A stretch of 64,000 bases of DNA from Candidatus Latescibacterota bacterium (GTDB taxonomy: Bacteria; Latescibacterota; UBA2968; UBA8231), in assembly GCA_965243025.1 (NCBI GenBank), contig CBDETY010000003.1:3328001-3392000 (forward strand), written 5' to 3'. The notes beneath the pieces are model-generated. The model did no database searches, was not told the origin of the DNA, and was given only the letters and a program-made list of their open reading frames with translations. Numbering within the stretch: the stretch's first letter is position 1; the number at the start of each line of letters is the position of its first letter. Below, piece after piece: positions 10,108 through 19,985 of this stretch. Made by a program: the position numbers and the translations under genes.

Positions 10108-10666
10108 TTTTCGGCCTCATCCACAGGGCGCTGGCCACCAGGGCCGCGGCCGTGGCCATACCGACGATGGTCCAGGGGTACGCCTGGATGTGGTCGACCG
10201 CGGCCGACCCGACGATGAGCAGGACCCCCGGCCAGAGGGTGCGCCGGTCGATGTGCAGCCCGCCCAGGAAGAGCACGGCGCCGGAGAGCAGGGCGAAGAG
10301 CTGCCCGATCACCCAGCCGTCGAAGCGGTGGGAGAAAGCGATCGACAGGACCGCCACCCCGCCGAAGAAGATGGTGCCGAAGTGCAGGGCGCTCCTGGCG
10401 CCCAGGCCGGGCCTGCGGAGTCCCTGCTTCCGCTCCTGCCGGGTGCCCAGGCCGAGGCTGATGAGGAAGCCGGCGAGCGGGGCGGTCATCCAGTACAGGG
10501 GGGCGTAGTCCATGGCGAAATCGTTGAGGGCGTACCCGGCGGCGATGATCACCGCCCACATGAGGGTTATTCCCAGGTAGCGGTACTGCCCCTTCTCCCG
10601 CCGCTCCACCGCCCGGCGGAGGAAGGACACGTCCTCTTCGAGCTTCTGCGTCACCTTCGGGTCCAT
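10082..10666 (-). CDS. Integral membrane protein, first gene of the TonB-receptor operon
   Basis: About 6 TM helices, AAGGAG RBS, overlaps the regulator gene. Confidence 0.7.
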   Translation of the reverse strand: MDPKVTQKLEEDVSFLRRAVERREKGQYRYLGITLMWAVIIAAGYALNDFAMDYAPLYWMTAPLAGFLISLGLGTRQERKQGLRRPGLGARSALHFGTIFFGGVAVLSIAFSHRFDGWVIGQLFALLSGAVLFLGGLHIDRRTLWPGVLLIVGSAAVDHIQAYPWTIVGMATAAALVASALWMRPKNEEAAATG

Positions 10667-10838
10667 GGGGAGTCTCCTTTGCGCGGCTGCCGCCCTGAAA
10701 ACCGGGAGCGGCGGCCCTTTCCATTGATGGGGTTCCAGTGGCTTTTCAACTATTGCAGAGTTCTCTATAAAATAGAGTTGACAGCCGCCCTGTCAACTGT
10801 TTCTTCAACACACAACCCCTTTCGACTGGAGGTTACCC

Positions 10839-11330
10839 ATGGGACTTCCGAAGAACGCGACGCCGGCGATACTTGCCCTGCTGGTGTCCGTGAACGCGGG
10901 TCTTGCCCAGCCAGCCCCTCCGGACGTGGTGGTGGCCGAGCCATTCACCCCGGAGGAGTTCGAGGGCGACCAGGGCGGCTTCATCCTCGTGACCTGGAAT
11001 GCGGTGGAGGGAGCGGACGGATACCGGGTTTACCGCGAGATAGGGATCACTCATGGCCTCGATGAACAGGGAAACGTGGTAGAGCTGGGTCCCTCCGCGA
11101 CTGCCTTCGTGCCGTGGGCCTTCGTCGAGGCTGAGGCTGGGGAAACTCTCGTAAGGGTCGTCGTCGCGACCCTCGACAGCGATTGGGACACCCGGTGGGC
11201 GATCAGGACCGTGCAGAATACCGATGACGGGCCGGTCTATTCCGAGCCGTTGTACTTCCACGTGCAGGTGGAAGGGATACCGACGGGAGTGGAGACGCGC
11301 AGCTGGGGGGCCGTGAAAGCCGCCAGGTGA
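10839..11330 (+). CDS. Secreted FN3-like protein with C-terminal WGxxK tail
   Basis: GGAGG RBS, signal peptide, VTWNAVEGADGYRVYR (FN3-like), ends TGVETRSWGAVKAAR. Confidence 0.65.
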   Translation: MGLPKNATPAILALLVSVNAGLAQPAPPDVVVAEPFTPEEFEGDQGGFILVTWNAVEGADGYRVYREIGITHGLDEQGNVVELGPSATAFVPWAFVEAEAGETLVRVVVATLDSDWDTRWAIRTVQNTDDGPVYSEPLYFHVQVEGIPTGVETRSWGAVKAAR

Positions 11331-11619
11331 GGTCACCCTGCGACGCGGTGAAGGCCAAAGGCGTCGAAAGAGCACAATCCCCTGCCTGCTGCCCGCTTGC
11401 GCAATTCGGCGTGAATTCGGTCGCCGCTTCCCAGCTCGCCGTACACCCCCGGTAAGGCTCGCTCAGGCGCCTTGAGGGCCGGGCGCATCGCCGCCGCGGT
11501 CGTAGGCTTGATTACGAGCGCAGGTACCAGTCCGGTTTTCGGTCGATTTCCCCGAGTCCAGCCGCAGACCCCCGCCTTTCCAGGCTCGTCCTGGCGATTC
11601 CGGATTCTCATCTTTGCCA

Positions 11620-11691
11620 TGTCCATAATATGTCGAATAAAATATCGATAAAACGGGGAAATTGCTCCAAATAATTGACAAACATTAGACA
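11620..11691 (+). promoter_or_regulatory. Promoter with CarH-type 11-bp-spaced TnnACA repeats
   Basis: TTGACA (11675) and TAGACA (11686) are 11 bp apart; inverse TGTCCA (11620) and TGTCGA (11631) also 11 bp apart; AT-rich. Confidence 0.5.
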
Positions 11692-11711
11692 GTTTGGCAT
11701 ATTTCCCCGGC

Positions 11712-12677
11712 ATGGAATGGACTCCGGGACACCCCATCAAGGTCGCCGTGCGGCGAACCGGGCTGTCGGCCCATGTCATCCGCGTCTGGGAAAAACGGTA
11801 TGGAGCCGTGGTCCCGGCACGGACCCCCACCAACCGGCGGCTTTACTCCGACGAGGACATCGTCCGCCTGCAGTGGCTGCGGCAGGCGGTGGAGGCGGGA
11901 CAGAGCATCGGCAGGATCGCCGGCCTCCCCACTTCCGAACTGGTGAAACTGGTCCGCGCCGAGGGAACATCCGCGCTGTCGGCTCCAAAGCCGGCCGGCG
12001 GCGAGGCAGACGCAGACGGCAGCGGCGAGCCCCCTGAATTCCTCGAGCGGGCCCTGGTCGCGGTGCAGGGGCTGGACGCGGCGGCGCTCGAGGAGCAGCT
12101 GGTCCGCGCCTCGGCGGCGTTGAGCCAGCCGGATCTGCTCGAAGAGCTGGTCCAGCCGCTGATGGGGCGGATCGGCCGCATGTGGCAGGAGGGGAACCTG
12201 CGGGTGGCCGACGAGCACATGGCCACGGCCGTGGTGCGCAGCTTCGTCGGCAACCTGCCGGCCGGTTTCCAGCTTTCCGAAACCGCACCCCATGCGGTCG
12301 CCACCACGCCGGCGGGACAGCTGCATGAGTTGGGGGCCCTGCTCGCTTCGGTGGCCGCCGCCTCGGAGGGCTGGAACTCGACCTTCCTGGGCCCCAACCT
12401 GCCGGCCGAGGAGATCGCCGGAGCCGCCGCGCAGAAAGGGGCCAGGGCCGTTCTCCTGAGCATATCCTACCCTGGCGACGATCCCCGCCTCGGCGGCGAG
12501 CTGCTGAAGCTGGGCCGTCTGCTGGGAGCCGGGACCGCCCTGTTCGCCGGCGGCCGGGCCGTCCCGCAGTACCGGCGTTTCCTCGAGGGGGCCGGCGGGG
12601 TCGCCCTCGACGACCTGGGCGGCCTGCGCGACGCCCTCGGTCTCCTGCGCCGGGAGACCGCGGCGCCAGGGGGTTGA
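11712..12677 (+). CDS. MerR-family cobalamin-binding photoreceptor/regulator (CarH/LitR-like)
   Basis: RVWEKRYG HTH; W-x9-EH (WQEGNLRVADEH); QxHxxG..SxS..GG B12-binding motif. Confidence 0.85.
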   Translation: MEWTPGHPIKVAVRRTGLSAHVIRVWEKRYGAVVPARTPTNRRLYSDEDIVRLQWLRQAVEAGQSIGRIAGLPTSELVKLVRAEGTSALSAPKPAGGEADADGSGEPPEFLERALVAVQGLDAAALEEQLVRASAALSQPDLLEELVQPLMGRIGRMWQEGNLRVADEHMATAVVRSFVGNLPAGFQLSETAPHAVATTPAGQLHELGALLASVAAASEGWNSTFLGPNLPAEEIAGAAAQKGARAVLLSISYPGDDPRLGGELLKLGRLLGAGTALFAGGRAVPQYRRFLEGAGGVALDDLGGLRDALGLLRRETAAPGG

Positions 12678-12681
12678 GCGC

Positions 12682-13983
12682 GTGCCCGCGGATTCCCGAA
12701 CCGGGCGGCGGCCTGGGGGGATGCCCCCGGCCCCGGGGCGGCGCATCGCCGTGGTGGGAAGCGGTATCTCCGGCCTGACCGCGGCCTCCCTGCTGCACCC
12801 CGATCACCGCGTCACCCTGTTCGAAGCCAACGACTACATCGGCGGCCACACCCATACCCTCGACGTCGAGCAGGACGGACGCCGCTATGCCGTGGACACC
12901 GGGTTCATCGTCTTCAACGAACCCAACTACCCGCATTTCAACCGCCTGCTGCGGCGCCTGGGGGTCGCTTCCCGGCCGACCCGGATGAGCTTCAGCGTCA
13001 AGTGCGGCCGCACCGGCCTCGAGTACGCCAGCACCCCGCTGACCAGCCTGTTCGCCCAGCGGCGCAACGCGCTGCGGCCGGCCTTCCACCGCATGCTCGC
13101 CGATATCCTGCGCTTCAACCGCGAGTCGCCGGAGCTGCTGCGCGACCCCGACGACGCCACCACCCTGGGGGACTACCTGGCGGACAACGGCTATTCCCGG
13201 GGTTTCATCGAGCACCACATCATCCCGCTGGGGTCGGCCCTGTGGTCGGCCCTGCCCGACCGCATGTACGGGTTCCCGGCCTGCTACTTCGTCCGCTTCT
13301 TCGCCCACCACGGCTTCCTGCAGGTGCGCGGACGCACTCCCTGGCGCGTCATCGAGGGAGGTTCGCGGCGCTACGTCGAGGCGCTGATCCGCCCCTTCAG
13401 GGAGCGCATCCGCATCGGTTGCCCGGTGGCCTCCGTGCGGCGTACCGCCCGGGGAGTGGAGGTGCGCCCCCGGGCCGGGGAGGCGGAGCTGTTCGACGAG
13501 GTCGTCCTCGCCGTGCACAGCGACCAGGCCCTGCGGCTGCTGGCCGAGCCCACGCCGGCCGAGCGCCAGGTCCTCGGGGCCATGCCGTTCCAGGCCAACG
13601 ACGTCGCCCTGCACACCGACGCCTCCCTGCTGCCGGAGCGCCGCCGCGCCTGGGCCAGCTGGAACTACTTCATCCCGCCCGACAAGGGGATCCCCGCCAC
13701 CGTCACCTACCACATGAACTCCCTCCAGGGCCTGGAGAGCCGCCTGCCGTTCTGCGTCAGCCTCAACCGCACCGGCGAGATCGCACCGGAGCGGATCATC
13801 GCCCGCATGACCTACCACCACCCCGTCCACTCGCCCGCCTCGCTGGCCGCCCGCAAGCAGCGGCAGCGGATCGACGGGATCGACCGCATCCATTTCTGCG
13901 GGGCCTGGTGGGGCTTCGGTTTCCACGAGGACGGAGTGGCCAGCGCCCTGGAAGTGACGCGGCGCTTCGGCAAGACCTTGTGA
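12682..13983 (+). CDS. FAD-dependent oxidoreductase (amine-oxidase-like; cfa/DUF1365 operon)
   Basis: IAVVGSGISG, GGHTHT, VDTGFIVFNEPNYP, AWASWNY, GFHEDG; start may be ATG 12721. Confidence 0.9.
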   Translation: MPADSRTGRRPGGMPPAPGRRIAVVGSGISGLTAASLLHPDHRVTLFEANDYIGGHTHTLDVEQDGRRYAVDTGFIVFNEPNYPHFNRLLRRLGVASRPTRMSFSVKCGRTGLEYASTPLTSLFAQRRNALRPAFHRMLADILRFNRESPELLRDPDDATTLGDYLADNGYSRGFIEHHIIPLGSALWSALPDRMYGFPACYFVRFFAHHGFLQVRGRTPWRVIEGGSRRYVEALIRPFRERIRIGCPVASVRRTARGVEVRPRAGEAELFDEVVLAVHSDQALRLLAEPTPAERQVLGAMPFQANDVALHTDASLLPERRRAWASWNYFIPPDKGIPATVTYHMNSLQGLESRLPFCVSLNRTGEIAPERIIARMTYHHPVHSPASLAARKQRQRIDGIDRIHFCGAWWGFGFHEDGVASALEVTRRFGKTL

Positions 13984-14783
13984 CCCGGCACAGCTGCATA
14001 TACGAAGGGCGGTTGCGGCATCGCCGCTTCGCGCCGGTGCCCCACGCCTTCGAGTACCGGCTCTTCATGATGTACCTCGACCTCGCCGAGCTGCCCCACC
14101 TGTTCGACCGGCGCTGGCTGTGGTCGTCGGAGCGGCCCAACCTCGCCTGTTTCCGGCGCGCCGACCATCTCGGGGAGCCGCAGCAGCCCCTGGAGGACAG
14201 CGTGCGGCAACTGGTCGGGGAGGAGAGCGGGCGCCGTCCCGACGGGCCGATCCGCCTGCTGACCCACCTGCGCTACAGCGGCTACTGCTTCAACCCGGTC
14301 AGCTTCTACTACTGCTTCGACCGCGCCGGCAGGCGCCTGGAGACGGTGGTGGGAGAGGTGAACAACACCCCCTGGGGGGAACGGCACTGCTACGTCCTGC
14401 ACCAGGGACTCGACAGCGGCCGCGGACCGCACAAATGTTACCGTTTCACGAAAGCCTTCCACGTCTCCCCCTTCATGGCCATGGAGCAGGACTACACCTG
14501 GCGCTTTTCGACGCCGCGCAGCAGACTTGCGGTGCACATGGACAACCGCCAGGACGGCAGCCGTCTGTTCGACGCCACCCTCGCCCTGCGGCGGCGGGAA
14601 ATCAGCGCCGCCTCCCTGGCCCGGGTCCTGGCGCAGTATCCGCTGATGACGGCCAGGGTGATCGCCGCCATTCACTGGCAGGCCCTGAGACTGTGGCTCA
14701 AGGGCTGCCCCTTCCACCCTCATCCCGGTTCCCGGACACATGAAAACGGCCATACAGCCGACGGCTCCCTCCCCCGCAGCTGA
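13980..14783 (+). CDS. DUF1365 family protein
   Basis: GTG overlaps upstream stop; HRRFAP.HAF.Y, FNPVSFYYC, EVNNTPWGERH, KAFHVSPF, IHWQALRLWLK. Confidence 0.9.
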   Translation: MTRHSCIYEGRLRHRRFAPVPHAFEYRLFMMYLDLAELPHLFDRRWLWSSERPNLACFRRADHLGEPQQPLEDSVRQLVGEESGRRPDGPIRLLTHLRYSGYCFNPVSFYYCFDRAGRRLETVVGEVNNTPWGERHCYVLHQGLDSGRGPHKCYRFTKAFHVSPFMAMEQDYTWRFSTPRSRLAVHMDNRQDGSRLFDATLALRRREISAASLARVLAQYPLMTARVIAAIHWQALRLWLKGCPFHPHPGSRTHENGHTADGSLPRS

Positions 14784-16038
14784 AGGCCGCCCCGCCGACC
14801 CTGCGGGCCGGCTCGACCGCCTGGCGCGGCGGCTGGTGCTGGGACAGCTGCAGCGCATGCCGCGCGGCGCGGTCCGCCTGGTCGAAGGGAAACGGCGCCG
14901 CGACTTCGGACGGGCGCAAGCCGGCCTCGAAGCGGTCCTGGAGATCCACGACCCCCGCTTCTTCCGCGCCCTGCTTCTCGGGGGCGCCATCGGCGCGGCC
15001 GAAGCCTGGATGCGGGGGTGGTGGAGCTGCGGCGACCTTCCCGGCGCGTGCCGCCTGGCGGTGGCCAACATCGAGTGGATGCACCGGCGCGAACGGGGCT
15101 GGGCGCGGCTGGCGGCTCCGGCCCGCAAGCTCGCCCACGCCCTCAGGCGCAACACCCGCCGCGGCAGCCGCGGCAACATCGCCGCCCACTACGACCTGAG
15201 CAACGAGTTCTTCCGCCTCTTCCTCGACGACAACCTGATGTACTCCTGCGCCGTGTTCCCGCGGCCGGACAGCTCCCTGGAAGAGGCCTCCCGCCACAAG
15301 GTCGACCGCATCTGCAGGAAGCTCGCCCTGGCGCCGGACGACCACCTGCTGGAAATCGGCACCGGATGGGGCGGTTTCGCCCTGCACGCGGCCGGCGAGT
15401 ACGGCTGCCGGGTGACGACGGCGACCATCTCGCAGGAACAGCTCGAGCTGGCTCGCCAGCGGGTGAAGGAGGCCGGCCTCGACGGGCGGGTGGAGGTGGT
15501 GCTGTCCGACTACCGAGACCTGCGGGGCCGGTACGACAAGCTGGTCTCCATAGAGATGATCGAAGCGGTGGGCCACCACTACTTCGACGCCTACTTCGGC
15601 TGCTGCTCCCGCCTGCTGAAACCGGAGGGGCTGATGCTGCTGCAGGCCATCGTCATCGACGACCGCGCCTACGAGCGGGCGCGCCGCTCCGTCGATTTCA
15701 TCAAGGCTTTCATCTTTCCGGGCAGCTGCATCCCGTCGCTGGAGGTCATCAGCCGCTCGCTGGCCGGGGCCACCGACATGCGCCTGGTGCACCTCGAGGA
15801 CATCGGGGCCCACTACGCCCGCACCCTGAGGGCCTGGCGCTCGCGGTTCCTGGCGGCGGAAGAGCAGGTTCTGCAGCTGGGATTCTCCCGGGAATTCATC
15901 CGCATGTGGGACTTCTACCTCTCCTACTGCATCGGCGGTTTCGAGGAGCGCCACATCTCCGACGTGCAGATGCTCCTGGCCAAGCCGGGCAACCGGCGCC
16001 CGGCGCAGCTGCCCGAGATCGGGCACGGCCAGGTGTAG
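14740..16038 (+). CDS. cfa: Cyclopropane-fatty-acyl-phospholipid synthase family SAM methyltransferase
   Basis: NIAAHYDLSNEFF, LEIGTGWG, SIEMIEAVG, IFPG, HYARTL. Confidence 0.9.
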   Translation: MKTAIQPTAPSPAAEGRPADPAGRLDRLARRLVLGQLQRMPRGAVRLVEGKRRRDFGRAQAGLEAVLEIHDPRFFRALLLGGAIGAAEAWMRGWWSCGDLPGACRLAVANIEWMHRRERGWARLAAPARKLAHALRRNTRRGSRGNIAAHYDLSNEFFRLFLDDNLMYSCAVFPRPDSSLEEASRHKVDRICRKLALAPDDHLLEIGTGWGGFALHAAGEYGCRVTTATISQEQLELARQRVKEAGLDGRVEVVLSDYRDLRGRYDKLVSIEMIEAVGHHYFDAYFGCCSRLLKPEGLMLLQAIVIDDRAYERARRSVDFIKAFIFPGSCIPSLEVISRSLAGATDMRLVHLEDIGAHYARTLRAWRSRFLAAEEQVLQLGFSREFIRMWDFYLSYCIGGFEERHISDVQMLLAKPGNRRPAQLPEIGHGQV

Positions 16039-16050
16039 GAGGGGGCGGCC

Positions 16051-16681
16051 GTGTCCATCGTATTGGCCTGCAGCCTGCCGGCAGCCATGGCGGGCATGGC
16101 GGCGCTCTACTGGCTGCAGCGGCGACGGCTGGGAGCCGCGGCGGATCCTCGCCGGCCTGATGGGGGCCGCCTGGTCCTTCCGCCTCGCCGCATACCTGGT
16201 GGCCGACCGGCTGGTGAGGGCCGCCGAAGAGGACGGCCGCTACCGGATGCTGCGGGACCAGTGGGGTGACCGGGCCCAGGTCCGCTTCTTCTGGCTGTTC
16301 CAGGCGCAGGCCCTGCTGGTGGTCCTGTTCGGCCTGCCATTCTTTGCGGTTGCGGCCAGAACCGAGGCGGGCTGGACCGCCTGGGACGCCGCCGGACTGC
16401 TGGTGTGGGCGGCGGCCGTGGCCGGCGAATGGACCGCCGACCGCCAGCTGTCCGCCTTCCGGGGCCAGGCCGCCAACCGGGGGCGCACCTGCGACCGCGG
16501 ACTGTGGCGGTACTCGCGCCACCCCAACTACTTCTTCGAGTGGATCCACTGGTGGGCGTACGCGCTCATGGCGGCGGGCTCGCCGACCGCCTGGCTGGCC
16601 TGGATCGGGCCGCCGTCGATGCTGTTCCTGCTCTACCGGGTGACCGGCATCCCCTACACCGAGAAGCGGGCACTGGCCAGC
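16051..16681 (+). pseudogene. DUF1295 (steroid 5-alpha-reductase-like) gene, frameshifted and 3'-truncated
   Basis: N-terminus in one frame, EDGRY/GLWRYSRHPNYFFEW/TGIPYTE in another; similarity ends abruptly at ~16681 in AT-rich DNA. Confidence 0.7.
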
Positions 16682-16834
16682 CATCTACTCAGCCGGCTTC
16701 ATCTTCTCCTCTCGGAATCGGGCCTGATTTCAAGCCGAATCGGTTCAGGAAAAAGTCTATTTTTCCACCGGTTTCCACTCAAATACCACTGAAACGGCTT
16801 TTATTTCCACCGGTTTATCACTCAGGAGGGATTA

Positions 16835-17050
16835 TATTTACCGAGGTCGGGCTGGTGGCCGGCCTGCGCTCGGTCGCCGGGCACCCCGAGAAGGAGCACG
16901 GGCTGCGGGTCAGCCTCAAAGCGAGGGGAACTGCGAGGTGGCCGGCGAGGGTCTGCGCGCTACGCTGTTCCGGTGTCTTCGCGAGCTGTTGCTCAACCTC
17001 GCCCGGCATGCCGGCACGAACGACGCGGCGGCAGGGTCCCTGCGCCGCGA
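16835..17050 (+). pseudogene. Remnant of a NarX/UhpB-type sensor histidine kinase
   Basis: EVGLVAGLR..EHGLRVSL, then a frameshift to ATLFRCLRELLLNLARHAG (N-box-like), directly upstream of the response regulator. Confidence 0.55.
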
Positions 17051-17108
17051 CGAGAGGCACCGAGCCTGGCGGTCCCTTCCTCATCCCTGGAGCCAAGGAG
17101 AACTCCCG

Positions 17109-17738
17109 ATGACGATCCGCGTTGTGCTGGTGGACGATCACGAGCTGATGCGCAAGGGCCTGCGCTCCCTGTTCGCGCAGGACGGGGAGTTCGAGGTGGT
17201 GGGGGAAGCCGGGGACGCGCGCACCGCCGTGGAGCTGGCCGCGGCCTGCCGGCCGCACGTCGTGATCATGGACGTATCCCTGCCCGACCTGAGCGGAGTC
17301 GAGGCGACGCGCCAGGTTCTCGGCCAGGCCCCGGAGGTGAAGGTGGTGGCCCTGTCGGTGCACGACGACCCGCAGTACGTCGCCGGCATGCTGGAGGCGG
17401 GGGCCTCGGGGTACGTGGTGAAAGGGGCGGCCTCGGTCGAGGTGCTGCGGGCGGTGCGGGCGGCCCTGTCCGGCCGCACCTACCTGAGTCCGGAGTTGGC
17501 CGGGGCCGTGTACGACCAGATGCAGACACTTGCCGGACATCCGGAGCTGAGCGAGCGGGAGCGCGAGGTGGTTCGGCTCATCAGCGAGGATCTGACGACA
17601 CGGCAAATTGCCCGGCAACTGAACCTGAGCGAGAACACCGTCCACACGCACCGGCAGCGCATTATGGACAAGCTCGACCGGCACGGCGTGGCTTCTTTGA
17701 CCAAGTTCGCGATCAGAACCGGCCTCACCACGCTGTAG
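17109..17738 (+). CDS. NarL/FixJ-family response regulator (REC + LuxR HTH)
   Basis: LVDDH, IMDVSLP, ASGYVVK, LSEREREVV..IARQLNLSENTV..HR..KL; AAGGAG RBS. Confidence 0.95.
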   Translation: MTIRVVLVDDHELMRKGLRSLFAQDGEFEVVGEAGDARTAVELAAACRPHVVIMDVSLPDLSGVEATRQVLGQAPEVKVVALSVHDDPQYVAGMLEAGASGYVVKGAASVEVLRAVRAALSGRTYLSPELAGAVYDQMQTLAGHPELSEREREVVRLISEDLTTRQIARQLNLSENTVHTHRQRIMDKLDRHGVASLTKFAIRTGLTTL

Positions 17739-17945
17739 CTGCCTCTTCGCGGCGGTCACTCCCCACCGGTTTCGGCTTCCGGTTCCATAGGCCCCCCCGG
17801 CGCCCACGGCGCCGGACTTTTCCGGGCCAATCCCCCGTCTTTTTCGGAAGTGTCACCTGATCGGGTGACAAAAAAATCACCTTATCAGGTGACAAGAAAT
17901 CACCTGATCGGGTGATACCGGAGCGGACATTTCGGAGCGATCTTT
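17530..17945 (+). repeat. Copy 1 of a ~420-bp direct duplication (LuxR HTH 3' half + palindrome array)
   Basis: Near-identical to 19777..20213. Confidence 0.9.
17853..17915. promoter_or_regulatory. Array of 3 palindromes TCACCT(G/T)ATC(A/G)GGTGA, putative operator
   Basis: Units at 17853, 17877 and 17900 separated by A-tracts. Confidence 0.7.
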
Positions 17946-18109
17946 ATCCTCAAGATGAACAAGGTCGCTGCCCAGGAAAGGAGGTCATTGCTGCAGCCGC
18001 CACCATTCCGCAAGAAGCAACGCCGCGTTGGATCATGTGCCGACCCGATTGGCGATAAGCCCAAAAGGGCGGCCGGATCTCAAACACCCGAACCCAAAGG
18101 AGGCAGAAA

Positions 18110-18361
18110 ATGCCACGCGTATTGAAGAGCTTTTTCGGGGCCGGGCTCGCCATTCTGACAGGCGTCCTGCTGACCACCGGGGGCCTGTCCTGGGTGGAAG
18201 CCGACCAGAAGAACGGTTGGCACCACTGCCACACCGTGTACGCCTTCACGAACAGCGAGGCGGACGGAAAGTGCGCCAGTGCTTGCTCCAGTGCCGGGCA
18301 CTCCGAGTCCGATGCTGAAAACACCGGCCCGGGGACTTGGCGTTGCGAGTGCAGGAACTGA
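18110..18361 (+). CDS. Small secreted cysteine-rich peptide, defensin-like (CxxxC...CxC)
   Basis: AAAGGAGG RBS, signal peptide ending VEA, KCASAC...WRCECRN, terminator downstream. Confidence 0.65.
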   Translation: MPRVLKSFFGAGLAILTGVLLTTGGLSWVEADQKNGWHHCHTVYAFTNSEADGKCASACSSAGHSESDAENTGPGTWRCECRN

Positions 18362-18400
18362 GCATCCTCCGGCGCTTTGGCTGACGCGCTCGGCATACTC

Positions 18401-18450
18401 GGACGAGGGTCCCGTCCCCTTCAGGGGGGTGGGCCCTCGTCCTTGTTATT
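18401..18450 (+). terminator. Rho-independent terminator
   Basis: GGACGAGGGTCCCGTCCCCT / GGGGGGTGGGCCCTCGTCC stem followed by TTGTTATT. Confidence 0.7.
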
Positions 18451-18564
18451 CCTGAAAGAGGAGAAAGACCATCTGTGCCGTTCGGCAAATCGACAGGGAA
18501 AAGGAAGCCATGCGGAGCCCGCTGACCGGCAGAATAGCTGACAGGCAATAGGCAAGGAAACCAG

Positions 18565-19521
18565 ATGGTCCCTGTAGGTCTCAGGAATCACCGGCGCATG
18601 GCCCTCGGCCTGCTCGTCGGGTCCGCCCTGTCCGCCTGCTTTCCTGCTCAGGCAGGCGCCCACAGCGGCGGTCGAGTCTTCCCGATCGCCGAGCTGACCG
18701 ACGAGATGCTGGAACAGATCCAGCTTCACGACGGCTCGGTGGAGGAGTGGTACGATCTCGTGGGCGAACCCACCATGTCCCTGGTCGATTTCAGAGCCTT
18801 CGGTGACGTACCTGATCCATCCGACCTGGACTTCCGCATATGGCTGGCCTGGCACGATGAGCCGGATCGGCTCTATGTCGCCTTCTCGGCCAGTGATGAT
18901 GCGCACATCATACCTCAACAGGTGCTTGCCACCAATGCCGAGCTTGTCCTGGCTCTCGACGCAGATCACAGCGGCGGAGGACTTAATTTGGAATCTTGGG
19001 AAACGAGGGGTTTTTGGGGGGAATCGCAACAATACGGGGTAATAGCCCGTACGGCCAGTGGCCGCGCTGCGTTGTATGCCTATTTCACGTCCGGCTTGAG
19101 CCGCTCGTACAGCAAAGCTGCCAAGGAGGATTCCTGGATGTTCTTTCCACCCTATGGAGAGGCAGGCGGCGGCGTAGCCGGGGAGAACCCGATCATCAGG
19201 GTAATCGAGCTGTACGTCACCCCATACGACAGTTGGCAGGGACCCGACAGTCGGCCTGAAGACGTCGTGGTCAGCGATCTGACGGCAGGAAAGGTCATAG
19301 GCTTTGCGGTCCTCGTGGACGAAAGAGATGACGAATACAGTAGATTCTACCTGGGGCCTGAAGCTGTCCAGAGTGAAGACCCGGAAATTGACATACTGCA
19401 CCGATATCGGGCGGAGCTCTACCTGGACGGACTGCTGCTGCCGGCCAACGCGGCCGGACCGGTGGAAGACAGCGCCGTCGAGTCGGTCTCCTGGGGACGG
19501 ATCAAGGCCTCGCTGTGGTAG
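18565..19521 (+). CDS. Secreted CBM9/DOMON-like paralog 1 with WGRIK tail
   Basis: Signal peptide, DGSVEEW, DPSDLDFRIWLAW, DADHSGG, IELYVTPYD, AVESVSWGRIKASL; start may be ATG 18598. Confidence 0.75.
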   Translation: MVPVGLRNHRRMALGLLVGSALSACFPAQAGAHSGGRVFPIAELTDEMLEQIQLHDGSVEEWYDLVGEPTMSLVDFRAFGDVPDPSDLDFRIWLAWHDEPDRLYVAFSASDDAHIIPQQVLATNAELVLALDADHSGGGLNLESWETRGFWGESQQYGVIARTASGRAALYAYFTSGLSRSYSKAAKEDSWMFFPPYGEAGGGVAGENPIIRVIELYVTPYDSWQGPDSRPEDVVVSDLTAGKVIGFAVLVDERDDEYSRFYLGPEAVQSEDPEIDILHRYRAELYLDGLLLPANAAGPVEDSAVESVSWGRIKASLW

Positions 19522-19776
19522 TTCTCATCCTTCTGCTCCTGCTTTGTTCAAGCCAATGCGCACGATCTGGACGGGAGCGTATACTGCGCAGGAGACGGCG
19601 AGACTCGCCGGTTATCCGATTTCGGAGCGGTCTCCCCGGTATGGTCCCCCGACGGCGGATTAGATTTGCTACTTCCAGCACACCCATGATAACACCTGTT
19701 CTATTTCATATCGGCTACCGGAGAGCAACTCCAGACCGTACCCCTGCCATCACCCCTGACGATCACGGCAGGCCCT

Positions 19777-19985
19777 TTGCCGGACATCCGGAGCTGAGCG
19801 AGCGGGAGCGCGAGGTGGTTCGGCTCATCAGCGAGGATCGGACGACACGGCAAATTGCCCGGCAACTGAACCTGAGCGAGCACACCGTCCACACGCACCG
19901 GCAGCGCCTCATGGACAAGCTCGACCGGCACGGCGTGGCTTCTTTGACCAAGTTCGCGATCAGAACCGGCCTCACCACGCTGTAG
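19777..19985 (+). pseudogene. Duplicated 3' half (LuxR HTH only) of the response regulator
   Basis: AGHPELSERERE..TGLTTL nearly identical to 17530..17738; no receiver domain. Confidence 0.8.

Noticed and set aside
13002-13979. N-terminal extension of DUF1365
   Set aside because: Overlaps the oxidoreductase out of frame; the likely real start is the coupled GTG at 13980
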